A stretch of DNA of 64,000 bases from Actinomycetota bacterium (GTDB taxonomy: Bacteria > Actinomycetota > Acidimicrobiia > Acidimicrobiales > JAJPHE01): assembly GCA_027315345.1 (NCBI GenBank), contig DAHUYE010000041.1, positions 3,204 to 67,203 of the forward strand, in the 5' to 3' direction. Positions 18,323 to 26,611 of the stretch are shown here, in pieces. Made by a program: the position numbers and the translations under genes. The notes under the pieces were generated by a model. The model was not told where the DNA came from. It did no database searches and saw nothing but the letters and a program-made list of their open reading frames with translations. Position 1 is the stretch's first letter, and each line of letters begins with the position of its first letter.

Positions 18323-18868
18323 TCAGAACAAGGGGCGCTTGGCCGGAATCCCGGTTCGACGTGGGAAGCGCTCCGGGCACGGGCCTCCTTGGCGTAGAGC
18401 CACGAAGTGATAGCCGCCGGAGTCCTGCGGGCTGGCGGGCTCCAAGCCAAGCTGGGCCAGGGGAGCGGCCGGCCAACGATCGATCGGGGAAGGTGGCTCC
18501 GAGACCAGCAGCGTACCTCCTACGGCCAAGAGTGGAGCGGCGCACTCGGCCGTTACAGCCGGAGCCCCGAAGGATCGGGCCGTGACCAGGTCGAACCGCT
18601 GACGCCAAGCCGGGTCTCGTCCCACCTCCTCGGCCCGGGCCTCCATTACCTGAGCACGGCCGGACCAGCCCAGCTCGGCCAGCCCATCCCTTAGGAAGGC
18701 AGCCCGGCGCTGGCCGACCTCTATCAGCACGGCACTGGCGTCGGGCCAGAGCCCGAGCAGCGCCAGAGCGGGGACACCCCCACCCGAGCCGAGGTCGGCG
18801 AATCTTCCGGGGCCATGCCCCTGAGCCACTCCAGCCATGGCTCGGGCATGGGCTATGTGATCCTCCAC
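18323..18868 (-). CDS. rsmG: 16S rRNA (guanine527-N7)-methyltransferase RsmG/GidB
   Basis: SAM motif FADLGSGGGVPALAL, and position between jag and parA. The frame stays open upstream to the jag stop without a canonical start, so the N-terminus is uncertain. Confidence 0.85.
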   Translation of the reverse strand: MEDHIAHARAMAGVAQGHGPGRFADLGSGGGVPALALLGLWPDASAVLIEVGQRRAAFLRDGLAELGWSGRAQVMEARAEEVGRDPAWRQRFDLVTARSFGAPAVTAECAAPLLAVGGTLLVSEPPSPIDRWPAAPLAQLGLEPASPQDSGGYHFVALRQGGPCPERFPRRTGIPAKRPLF

Positions 18869-18975
18869 CGGCCCGCGACCCAGGAAGCCCAGGCTGCGGG
18901 CCTCTTCGAAGATGGCAACCAGCCGGCCTTCGCCTGGTCCGGTCCCAGCCTGGGCAGAGGGGGAGTCGGTTATGG

Positions 18976-19809
18976 CTAGGACTGGGGGAGGATGACCACC
19001 CGGCGCCGGGGCTCCTCGCCCTCCGACACGGTGGAGACGCCCTCGATGGCGTTGGCCGTGTCGTGGACGATCTTGCGATCGGCGGCAGACATGGGCTCGA
19101 GCAGCCGGCGCTGGCCGCTGGACAGGACCTGGTCGGCCACGTCCTTGGTGAAGCGCTCCAGCGCCACCTTGCGCTTCTGGCGATACCCCGAAACGTCGAC
19201 CAGCAGCCGGCCGTTGTGGGCGTTGAGCTTGCGCTGCACCACCGTCCTGGTCAGCTCCTGCACGGCTGACAGGGTCACGCCCTTGGGCCCGATGAGCAGG
19301 CCGAGGTCTCCCCCGTCGATGCGGATTTCGAAGTTGTCCTCGTCCAGGATTTCGCTCGTCACGCCTCCATCCAGCCCGAAGCGGTCGACCAGGCCCTTCA
19401 GGAACTCCTCGGCCTCCTGGGCCTGGGTGGTCAGGGGCACCGGTTCATCCATGTTGTTTCCCTTTTCACGGGGGCGGCTGGCGCCCGATCCATTGCGGCT
19501 CCGCGGGCTCTCGGCCCCGTCTCGGCGACTGGCAGTCCGGGGCCCATCCGGGTGGTCCGCAGGCGCCGCCTCCTCGGACGACTCTCCCGCCGGACGCCGC
19601 CGGCGCTCCCGGCGGTCTTCCTTCGGCCGGGGCTGGGTCGGGCGGACCCGGACCCGGACCCTGGCCTCGCCCCTCATTCTCCCGAACAGGCCGGGCTTGG
19701 GCTCCTCCAGAATCTCAACCTCAGCGTCATCTTCGGCCACGCCGAGCTGATCCAGGGCGGCGTCAACCGCCTCATCGACGGACTTACCGGTCGTTTCGAC
19801 CCATTCCAT
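18976..19809 (-). CDS. jag: Jag/KhpB RNA-binding protein (Jag_N, KH, R3H)
   Basis: N-terminus MEWVETTGKSVDEAVDAALDQLGV. C-terminal R3H region LEPMSAADRKIVHD. Synteny downstream of yidC. Confidence 0.9.
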   Translation of the reverse strand: MEWVETTGKSVDEAVDAALDQLGVAEDDAEVEILEEPKPGLFGRMRGEARVRVRVRPTQPRPKEDRRERRRRPAGESSEEAAPADHPDGPRTASRRDGAESPRSRNGSGASRPREKGNNMDEPVPLTTQAQEAEEFLKGLVDRFGLDGGVTSEILDEDNFEIRIDGGDLGLLIGPKGVTLSAVQELTRTVVQRKLNAHNGRLLVDVSGYRQKRKVALERFTKDVADQVLSSGQRRLLEPMSAADRKIVHDTANAIEGVSTVSEGEEPRRRVVILPQS

Positions 19810-19824
19810 AGCTTTGAATCCTTC

Positions 19825-21135
19825 CTAGCGGGACCGGCGACGCTTCGCCTTGGAGCGGTTGCGGTCCTGGTGCTTGGCTGAGGGGCCGGCCGGCCCGCCC
19901 CGGCGGCGGGACTGGCCCGGGCCGTTGGAGGCAGGGTCGCCGGCGGGACTGTTCCCGTTGGCCGTCCCGTTGTTGGTGGACTTGGCGCCGGTGTTCCTAC
20001 CGTTGCCGTTGCTTGAACCCCCCAAGGTGCCCTTGGCACCTCCGGAGGACCCGATGAAGCGATCCAGGTTGCCCCGGCCCGGACTTGACCCAGATGGTCC
20101 CCGGCCGGAGACGCCCGGCGTCGGATCAGGATCGGCCAGTCCCAGCAGGCGGGCGATGCCCCCGCTGCCCCGGCGTCCGCCCGGGCCGGCGCCGGCGGGG
20201 CCGGGTTCGTTTCCGGTCTGGCCGGAGCCCGACCCACCCAGCTGACGGGAGGAGCGGGGGGGTAGATCCACCGGCTTTCCGGTGCGGGCGGCCAGCAGCT
20301 GTCGGCGGAGCACCGGGTCGTATTTGAACATCAGGCTCTGCTGGGCGATCCGGCACAGGGCCGAAACCAGGAAGTAGACGTTGACGCCGGCCTGGATATT
20401 GATGGAGATGAAGCCGAAGAACAGCGGGAAGATCCGCTGCATCATCTGGGCCTGCGGGTTGGCGGAAGCGCCTTGGTTGCGCCGGTTCACCTGCCGGGTC
20501 TGCCAGTACTGGGCCGCCACCACCAGGGCCACCAGGATCAGACAGCCGATCAGGGCGCTGCCGTGGGCGGTCCTGACCCCCAGGGTGAGGTCGAAGCCGA
20601 ACACCTTCATGTGGCCGCCGGCTACTACCAGATTCTGGTAAAGGAGGGTGTGGGTACCCAGGTTGGTCGGGGCTGAGCAGGAGTACTTGCCGCCGGCCAG
20701 GACGATCTGGGCCGTTCCCCCCGTCGGGGTGGGACAGGACGACGACGCCAGGGCATGGGTGGCGAAGGTCAGCCGGTGGGAGAGGTTGGCGATGGTGTGG
20801 TAGAGGACGTAGAAGACCACCATCTGGGGAACGAGCGGGAGGCACCCCGAGAGAGGGTTGATCCCCGCCTCCCGGTAGAGCTTGGTCATCTCCTCGTTCA
20901 TGGCGACCCGGTCGCCTTTGTATTTGGCCTGGATCTTTTTCATCTCAGGCTGCAGGGCCTGCATGGCGATCATGCCCCGGCTGCTCTTCCAGGTGAGCGG
21001 GGTGGTGACGGCCACCGTGGCCAGGGTCATCAGGGCGATGGCCAGGGCGTAGTCGTGGGTGACGGCGTAGCAGCCGCTCATCAGATCCGCCATCAGGCGG
21101 TACAAGGAGCTCAGGCTGACAGCACTCAGGGTCAT
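19825..21135 (-). CDS. yidC: Membrane protein insertase YidC with a 152-aa Gly/Ser/Asn/Pro-rich basic C-terminal tail
   Basis: YidC core motifs (NPLSGCLPLVPQMVVFYVLY, QQSLMFKY). Synteny with yidD-rnpA-rpmH. Confidence 0.92.
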   Translation of the reverse strand: MTLSAVSLSSLYRLMADLMSGCYAVTHDYALAIALMTLATVAVTTPLTWKSSRGMIAMQALQPEMKKIQAKYKGDRVAMNEEMTKLYREAGINPLSGCLPLVPQMVVFYVLYHTIANLSHRLTFATHALASSSCPTPTGGTAQIVLAGGKYSCSAPTNLGTHTLLYQNLVVAGGHMKVFGFDLTLGVRTAHGSALIGCLILVALVVAAQYWQTRQVNRRNQGASANPQAQMMQRIFPLFFGFISINIQAGVNVYFLVSALCRIAQQSLMFKYDPVLRRQLLAARTGKPVDLPPRSSRQLGGSGSGQTGNEPGPAGAGPGGRRGSGGIARLLGLADPDPTPGVSGRGPSGSSPGRGNLDRFIGSSGGAKGTLGGSSNGNGRNTGAKSTNNGTANGNSPAGDPASNGPGQSRRRGGPAGPSAKHQDRNRSKAKRRRSR

Positions 21136-21142
21136 CAGATCC

Positions 21143-21430
21143 TCACTCTGGGACTAAATCCACGCCGTGGCCGCCCCAGGGGTGGCACCGGGCCACCCGC
21201 CGAGCCGCCAGCCAGGCACCGCGCCCGGCGCCGTGACGCTCCAGGGCCTCGACGGCGTAGGCGGAACAGGAAGGCAGGTAACGACAGCGCGAGGGACGGC
21301 CGGCCGCCACCGCCTGGTAGATCCGGATGAGCCCGAGGAGCACCTGCACCGCCCAACCCGGCCGGCGGGCGGCGGAGCCTGCCTCGGAGGGGGCGGGCGG
21401 CCGCCGGACGGCGTCAGCAGTGGTCGTCAT
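21143..21430 (-). CDS. yidD: Membrane protein insertion efficiency factor YidD
   Basis: RIYQ....[22 protein letters not shown] signature. Confidence 0.9.
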   Translation of the reverse strand: MTTTADAVRRPPAPSEAGSAARRPGWAVQVLLGLIRIYQAVAAGRPSRCRYLPSCSAYAVEALERHGAGRGAWLAARRVARCHPWGGHGVDLVPE

Positions 21431-21783
21431 CGGGGATCGGCCGCCATGGACACCGCTCGGCTCAACAATGATCTCAACTCTCCATAGCCCAGCGCCACGG
21501 CCGGGGCCGACGCGCTGACCAGGTAGACCCCCGGGCTCATCCCGGGCGCCAATTCGGCCACCACCGCCCGCAGGCGGCGACGCAGCCGGTTGCGCACCAC
21601 GGCCCCCCCCACCCTGCGCCCGATGGCGTAGGCAACTCTGGGCGGTCCGTCGACACCGGCTGGGAGGAAGGTTACCGAAAGCGGGCCGCGTCGCACCCGC
21701 CGCCCCTGGCGGCGTAGCTGATCGAAGCTCGATCGGGAGGAAACCCTCCAGACGGTTCCGGGCGAGGCGGGCACCGGAGACAC
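21427..21783 (-). CDS. rnpA: Ribonuclease P protein component
   Basis: 118 aa, basic. RNR-like motif [12 protein letters not shown]. Overlaps the yidD start. Follows rpmH. Confidence 0.9.
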   Translation of the reverse strand: MSPVPASPGTVWRVSSRSSFDQLRRQGRRVRRGPLSVTFLPAGVDGPPRVAYAIGRRVGGAVVRNRLRRRLRAVVAELAPGMSPGVYLVSASAPAVALGYGELRSLLSRAVSMAADPR

Positions 21784-21806
21784 CGGCCGGCCCTGGGCCC
21801 GGTCGA

Positions 21807-21941
21807 TCAGGCCGAAAGCCGGTGGCGGCCCTTGAGGCGGCGCGCCTTCAGGACGGCCCGGCCGGCCCGGGTGGACATGCGGTGCCGGAAACCGTGGTTC
21901 TTGGCCCGCTTCCGGTTGTTGGGCTGGTACGTACGCTTCAC
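21807..21941 (-). CDS. rpmH: 50S ribosomal protein L34
   Basis: [47 protein letters not shown] start at 21941 (the ORF-track start at 21998 is too long). Confidence 0.95.
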   Translation of the reverse strand: MKRTYQPNNRKRAKNHGFRHRMSTRAGRAVLKARRLKGRHRLSA

Positions 21942-22184
21942 TTGGATGCTCCTGGAGTTCCCGACAAGGTTAGAGGCTCGGCGGCCACCCACGCACACCC
22001 GGGAAATTGCTGCGAGCCCCGTGGGCGCCTCCGGGCCGATGGCGGCTCTGGGCCGGTGCCGGCTCTGGACAGTGGTGGTAGGTTCGCTGTCCGGTTCTCC
22101 CTGAACCGCAACTTGGTTCAGGCCCTCCTTCCCCGGGGTCTGTTGGTATCCCTCTGAGGGACGGGGCAGGTGGCTTTGAAGGGT

Positions 22185-22216
22185 TATCCACAGAGTGTGG
22201 ACCGGCTTGTGGATTC
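22185..22216. promoter_or_regulatory. DnaA-box cluster in the dnaA upstream region (autoregulation/left part of origin)
   Basis: Perfect TTATCCACA (22185-22193), then TGTGGACC (22197-22204) and TTGTGGATT (22208-22216), 10 nt before the dnaA start. Confidence 0.75.
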
Positions 22217-22225
22217 GGCGGCGCA

Positions 22226-23644
22226 GTGGAGGCGGACATCCTGGTGACCGACGCAGCTGAGCTGTGGACAGCCTGTTCGGACCTGCTGCGCCAGCAGGTC
22301 TCGGACGCCACCTGGCTGACCTGGTTCCAGGCCATCCAGCCGGTTCAGGTCAGTTCCGAGGCTTTGGTACTGGCTGTCCCGAATTCTCTGGTCAAGGAAC
22401 GGATCGAGGGTAGGTACCTGACCATGGTCCGCGACGCCATTTTCGACGTCTCCGGGAACGACACGCCCATACAGCTGGAGGTGCGCACCTCGGCTGGGGA
22501 GGATTCCGGGGCCGGCCAGGCCAGCCTGTTGTCGGAGGCGGCGTGGAACCGTCCGGTCATCGCACCCCCTGTGGCCGGGGAAGCGGTGGGCACGGTGACG
22601 ATGACCGGCCAGGACGAGCTGCCCCTCAACCCCATGTACACCTTCGACCGGTTTGTCATCGGGGCCTCCAACCGCTTCGCCCACGCCGCCGCCCTCTCGG
22701 TGGCCGAGACCCCGGCCAAGTCCTACAACCCGCTGTTCATCCACGGCGGGGCCGGACTGGGCAAGACCCACCTCCTGCACGCCATCGGTAACTACGTGAG
22801 GGAGAACTTCCCCACCCGCCACGTGCGCTACGTGTCGACCGAGACCTTCATGAACGAGTTCGTCGACGCCATCCGGACCAACGCCACCACCGCCTTCAAG
22901 CGCCGCTACCGGGTATGTGACGTCCTTCTGGTCGATGACATCCAGTTCATGGAGAACAAGGAGGCCCTCCAGGAGGAGTTCTTCCACACTTTCAACACCC
23001 TCCACGAGGCCTCCAAGCAGATCGTCATCAGCTCCGACCGCCCGCCCCGCTCCCTGGCCACCCTGGAGGACCGGCTGCGCAGCCGGTTCCTCATGGGACT
23101 GACCACCGACGTCCAGCCCCCCGAGCTGGAGACCCGCCTGGCCATCCTGCGCAAGAAGGCCGGGGCCGAGCGGGTCGACGTCTCCGATGACGTCCTGGAG
23201 TTCATCGCCACCCACGTCAAGGACAACATCCGCGAGCTGGAGGGGGCCCTCATCCGGGTGTCGGCCTACACCAGCCTCAACCGCCACCCCCTCACCCGGG
23301 AGATGGCCGAGCGGGTCCTCTCCGACATCGTCACCGGTGACCAGCCCCGCCAGATCACCCCCCAGGTCATCCTGGACGCCACGGCCAAGACCTTCGGCTT
23401 CAGCGTGGAGGAGATCTGCGGTACCAGCCGCCGGCGGCCGCTGGTGACGGCCCGCCAGGTCGGTATGTACGTATTCAGGGAATTGACCGATTTCAGCTAC
23501 CCGGCCATCGCTCGGGAGTTCGGGGGCCGGGACCACACCACCGTCATCCACGCCGTGGAGAAGATCACCGGGCTCATGGGCGAGCGCCGCCAGATCTTCA
23601 ACCAGGTCACCGATCTGATCCACCAGATCCGCTCGGATGGCTGA
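22226..23644 (+). CDS. dnaA: Chromosomal replication initiator DnaA
   Basis: GTG start. Walker [22 protein letters not shown]+ core, C-terminal DNA-binding domain ([11 protein letters not shown]). Confidence 0.97.
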   Translation: MEADILVTDAAELWTACSDLLRQQVSDATWLTWFQAIQPVQVSSEALVLAVPNSLVKERIEGRYLTMVRDAIFDVSGNDTPIQLEVRTSAGEDSGAGQASLLSEAAWNRPVIAPPVAGEAVGTVTMTGQDELPLNPMYTFDRFVIGASNRFAHAAALSVAETPAKSYNPLFIHGGAGLGKTHLLHAIGNYVRENFPTRHVRYVSTETFMNEFVDAIRTNATTAFKRRYRVCDVLLVDDIQFMENKEALQEEFFHTFNTLHEASKQIVISSDRPPRSLATLEDRLRSRFLMGLTTDVQPPELETRLAILRKKAGAERVDVSDDVLEFIATHVKDNIRELEGALIRVSAYTSLNRHPLTREMAERVLSDIVTGDQPRQITPQVILDATAKTFGFSVEEICGTSRRRPLVTARQVGMYVFRELTDFSYPAIAREFGGRDHTTVIHAVEKITGLMGERRQIFNQVTDLIHQIRSDG

Positions 23645-23884
23645 TCCGACCGGCGGGCCAACGGGGAGGCCCTGTGGACAAGCGCAACCGGACTGGGGAC
23701 GGAAGGGGTCCACGGCGCGGGTATCACCGGCTGGTGTCGCAGCCCTGTGGAATCCTCCAAGGACCTGGGGACGGCCAAACCGGCTCCCACCAGCACCGGG
23801 ACCGGGTTGTCCACAATCCACAGCTGTTACTACTTCCATTAATCATCTTTTAGATAAAGAACCAATAAGACGGGAAGGGAAACT
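23645..23884. other. oriC (dnaA-dnaN spacer): DnaA boxes plus AT-rich unwinding element
   Basis: Boxes TGTGGACAA (23673-81), TGTGGAATC (23746-54), TTGTCCACA (23807-15) and AATCCACAG (23815-23). They are followed by the only AT-rich stretch of the region (23826-23870, ttactacttccattaatcatcttttagataaagaaccaataaga). Confidence 0.85.
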
Positions 23885-24985
23885 GTGAAGCTTCGCTGCG
23901 AGCGGGACACCCTGGTGGAGGCTCTGGCCACAGCCAGCCGGGCCACAGCCAGTCGGGGCGGAGCCCTTCCGGTCCTGTCCGGGGTGCGCCTGGAGGTCAA
24001 GGGCGATCAACTTCTGGTGGCCGGTTCCGATCTGGACCTGACCATCGAGACCTCGGTGGGGATCAGCAACGGGGTCGACGGCGTGGCCGTGGCCCCCGGG
24101 CGCCTGGCGGTGGACATCGTCCGCTCCCTGGAGCCCGGGGCGGTGTCCTTCGAGGCCGATGAGGACAAACTCCAGATTTCCTCGGGCCGGGCCCACTTCT
24201 CGGTGATGCTCTACGCCTCGGATGACTTCCCCCGCCTGCCGGTGCGATCCGGGGAGGCGGTCTCGGTGGGGGTGGCGGAGTTTGCCGAAGCCGTCCGCCA
24301 GGTGGTGCCGGCGGCGGCGGGGGATGACACCCGGCCCATGCTGACCGGTGTTCTTCTCACCTCCGAGTCCGGGACCGGGCTGCGCATGGTGGCCACCGAC
24401 AGCTACCGCCTGGCCAAGCGGGAGCTGCCCGGCACCAGCGTCTTGTCCGAGGGCCAAAAGGTCCTGCTGCCGGCCCGGGCTCTCACCGAGTTGCAGAGGA
24501 TCCTGTCCTCCGCCGATGAGCTGACCGTTCGCCTGGGCGCCGCCGACGCCGGCTTCGAGGTCGGCCATGTGGTTCTGACCACCCGGCTCATCGAGGGCGA
24601 CTACCCGAACTACAACCAGCTCATCCCGGCTCACTACCCCAACCGGCTGACCATCGGGCGGGAGCCGCTGGTCGAGGCCGTGCGCCGGGTCCGGCTGCTG
24701 GTGAAAGACGCCACCACCCCGGTGCGGATGGCCCTGCGCCCCTCCGGGGCCGAGCTGTCGGTCAACAGCCAGGAGGTCGGCCAGGCCACCGAGGAGCTGG
24801 ACGGAAAGTACGAGGGGACCGAGGGCCTGACCCTGGGGTTCAACCCCGCCTATCTGATCGACGGGCTGGAGGCAGCCGGGGGTGAGGAGATCACCCTGGA
24901 GGTGCTCGACGCCCTCAAGCCGGCCACCATCCGCCCGGCCGGCAACGAGGATTACCTGTATCTCCTCATGCCTGTGCGCCTGTGA
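23885..24985 (+). CDS. dnaN: DNA polymerase III beta sliding clamp
   Basis: 366 aa, GTG start after GGGAAGGGAAA. Typical N-terminus MKLRCERDTL..AL. Synteny. Confidence 0.95.
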   Translation: MKLRCERDTLVEALATASRATASRGGALPVLSGVRLEVKGDQLLVAGSDLDLTIETSVGISNGVDGVAVAPGRLAVDIVRSLEPGAVSFEADEDKLQISSGRAHFSVMLYASDDFPRLPVRSGEAVSVGVAEFAEAVRQVVPAAAGDDTRPMLTGVLLTSESGTGLRMVATDSYRLAKRELPGTSVLSEGQKVLLPARALTELQRILSSADELTVRLGAADAGFEVGHVVLTTRLIEGDYPNYNQLIPAHYPNRLTIGREPLVEAVRRVRLLVKDATTPVRMALRPSGAELSVNSQEVGQATEELDGKYEGTEGLTLGFNPAYLIDGLEAAGGEEITLEVLDALKPATIRPAGNEDYLYLLMPVRL

Positions 24986-24999
24986 GCCAGTGACCACCG

Positions 25000-26079
25000 G
25001 TGCGGCTGGATCATCTATGGCTGACGGATTTCCGTAACTACACCATGGCCGAGCTGGCGCCGGACCCGGACGGACTCACCGTCATCCGGGGCACCAACGG
25101 CCAGGGCAAGACCAACCTGTTGGAGGCCGTGTCCTACCTGGCCACCCTGGAGTCCTTCCGGGGCGCTCCTCGGGAGGCCCTGGTCCGGCGGGGTTCGGAA
25201 CGGGCCGTGGTGCGGGCCGAGGCCAGCCGCGACGGCCGCTCACTGTTGCTCGAGGCCGAACTCCCCCTCAACGGCCGGGACCGTTACCTGCTCAACCGCC
25301 AGCCGCTCCGCCGGGGCCGGGATCTGCTGGGGGCCCTGCGGGTGAGCATCTTCGCCCCCGAAGATCTGCACCTGGTCCAAGCCGGCCCGGCCGGCCGGCG
25401 GGATCTGCTCGATGGCGCCCTGGTCGCCCTCCACCCCCGCAACGACGCCCTGCGTTCCGATCTGGAGCGGGTCCTGCGTCAGCGGGGCGCCCTGCTCCGC
25501 CAGTGCGACGGCCGTCTCGACACCGATGCTGAGTCCACCCTGGATGTGTGGGATTCCAAGCTGGACGAGTTGGGATCGCGCTGGGCCGACCTGAGAGAGG
25601 AAGTGACCGGCTCCCTGGGCCCCTTGGTCTCGGACTACTTCGCCGAATTGACCTCCGCCCCCGCTCATCTCTCCCTCACCTACAGACGTTCCTGGGAGGG
25701 TCGCCTGGCCGATGCGCTCCTGGCTTCGCGGCGGGAGGATGTGCGCCGGGGTGTCACCACCATCGGGCCCCACCGGGACGAGCTCGACATCCAACTGGCC
25801 GAGATGCCGGCCCGGACGCACGCCTCCCAGGGCGAACAACGGGGCGTGGCTCTGGCCCTCCGCCTGGGGGTCCACTCCCTGGTGGGCACGGTGGTCGGAA
25901 GCGCCCCCGTGCTGCTCCTCGATGATGTCTTCTCCGAGTTGGACCCCGCCCGGTCGGCCGCTCTCATCCGGCTGCTGCCCCCGGGTCAGTCGCTGCTGAC
26001 CACGGCCGGGCCCCTGCCCGATGGCCCCGTGCCGGCTCTGGTGGTCTCGGTCGGAGCCGGAGAGGTCCGGGCCGCGTGA
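25000..26079 (+). CDS. recF: DNA replication and repair protein RecF
   Basis: Walker A GTNGQGKTNLLEA, signature SQGEQRGVALALRL, Walker B VLLLDDVFSELD. Confidence 0.95.
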   Translation: MRLDHLWLTDFRNYTMAELAPDPDGLTVIRGTNGQGKTNLLEAVSYLATLESFRGAPREALVRRGSERAVVRAEASRDGRSLLLEAELPLNGRDRYLLNRQPLRRGRDLLGALRVSIFAPEDLHLVQAGPAGRRDLLDGALVALHPRNDALRSDLERVLRQRGALLRQCDGRLDTDAESTLDVWDSKLDELGSRWADLREEVTGSLGPLVSDYFAELTSAPAHLSLTYRRSWEGRLADALLASRREDVRRGVTTIGPHRDELDIQLAEMPARTHASQGEQRGVALALRLGVHSLVGTVVGSAPVLLLDDVFSELDPARSAALIRLLPPGQSLLTTAGPLPDGPVPALVVSVGAGEVRAA

Positions 26080-26163
26080 GTACGCCGCCGCCGGAGGCCC
26101 CGATGAGTACGCCGCCGCCGGAGGCCCCGATGAGTACGCCGCCGCCGGAGGCGGCATGAGTAC
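26076..26163 (+). repeat. Tandem 27-bp repeat (3.3 copies) spanning the recF stop and the dciA start
   Basis: GTGAGTACGCCGCCGCCGGAGGCCCCG / ATGAGTACGCCGCCGCCGGAGGCCCCG / ATGAGTACGCCGCCGCCGGAGGCGGC (26 nt) / ATGAGTAC. Confidence 0.9.
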
Positions 26164-26494
26164 ATGGCGTCCGTTCGGCCGTGGCGACGACGGGATGCCC
26201 CGGACGCTGGCGGAGTCCCTGGACCGGGTGGCCCGGGCCATCGGGGGACGGGATTCATCGGTGATGGCGGTGGTTTTCCGCCACTGGGAGGCGGCGGTAG
26301 GGCCCTCGGTGGCCGACCACGCCCGGCCTCTCAGCCTGCGGGACGGGGTGCTGGTGGTGGGGGTGACCGAGCCGGCCTGGGCCACCCAACTGCGGTTCCT
26401 CTCCGCCGACATCCTGGCCAATCTGGAAGCGGCGGCAGGCACCCCGGTGGCCGAGCGTCTGGAGGTCCGCATACGGCCTTCCAGGAGTCGCTAG
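26156..26494 (+). CDS. dciA: DUF721 protein (DciA-type helicase operator, Rv0004 position)
   Basis: 112 aa from ATG 26156. DUF721-like core VFRHWEAAVGPSVADHARPLSLRDGVLVVGV..AWATQLRF. Lies between recF and gyrB as in other Actinobacteria. Confidence 0.8.
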   Translation: MSTWRPFGRGDDGMPRTLAESLDRVARAIGGRDSSVMAVVFRHWEAAVGPSVADHARPLSLRDGVLVVGVTEPAWATQLRFLSADILANLEAAAGTPVAERLEVRIRPSRSR

Positions 26495-26495
26495 C

Positions 26496-26504
26496 TGGTA
26501 GAAT
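26496..26504 (+). promoter_or_regulatory. Candidate extended -10 promoter for gyrB-gyrA
   Basis: TGGTAGAAT (TGn + TAGAAT), about 108 nt upstream of the gyrB start. No clear -35. Confidence 0.3.
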
Positions 26505-26611
26505 TACACCTATCGAACGGCCGGGTCCGATCCCGCACAAGCGGGTCCCGAGCAGTTCCTCCCGCCGTCATCCAGAGGCCGGCTCGGGGCCGGCAACGAA
26601 AGGTCGCGCCC

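Noticed and set aside
22184-23839. 551-aa minus-strand ORF and similar long ORFs (26510-28540, 41586-43424, 39777-41540, 50395-51963, 51806-53518, 56453-58459, 61722-63308)
   Set aside because: All lie antisense to, or off-frame within, genes with strong family signatures (dnaA, gyrB, the Mo-enzyme, pntB, MBL, the propeller protein, tadA). They show low-complexity Arg/Gly/Pro composition. They are treated as GC artefacts.
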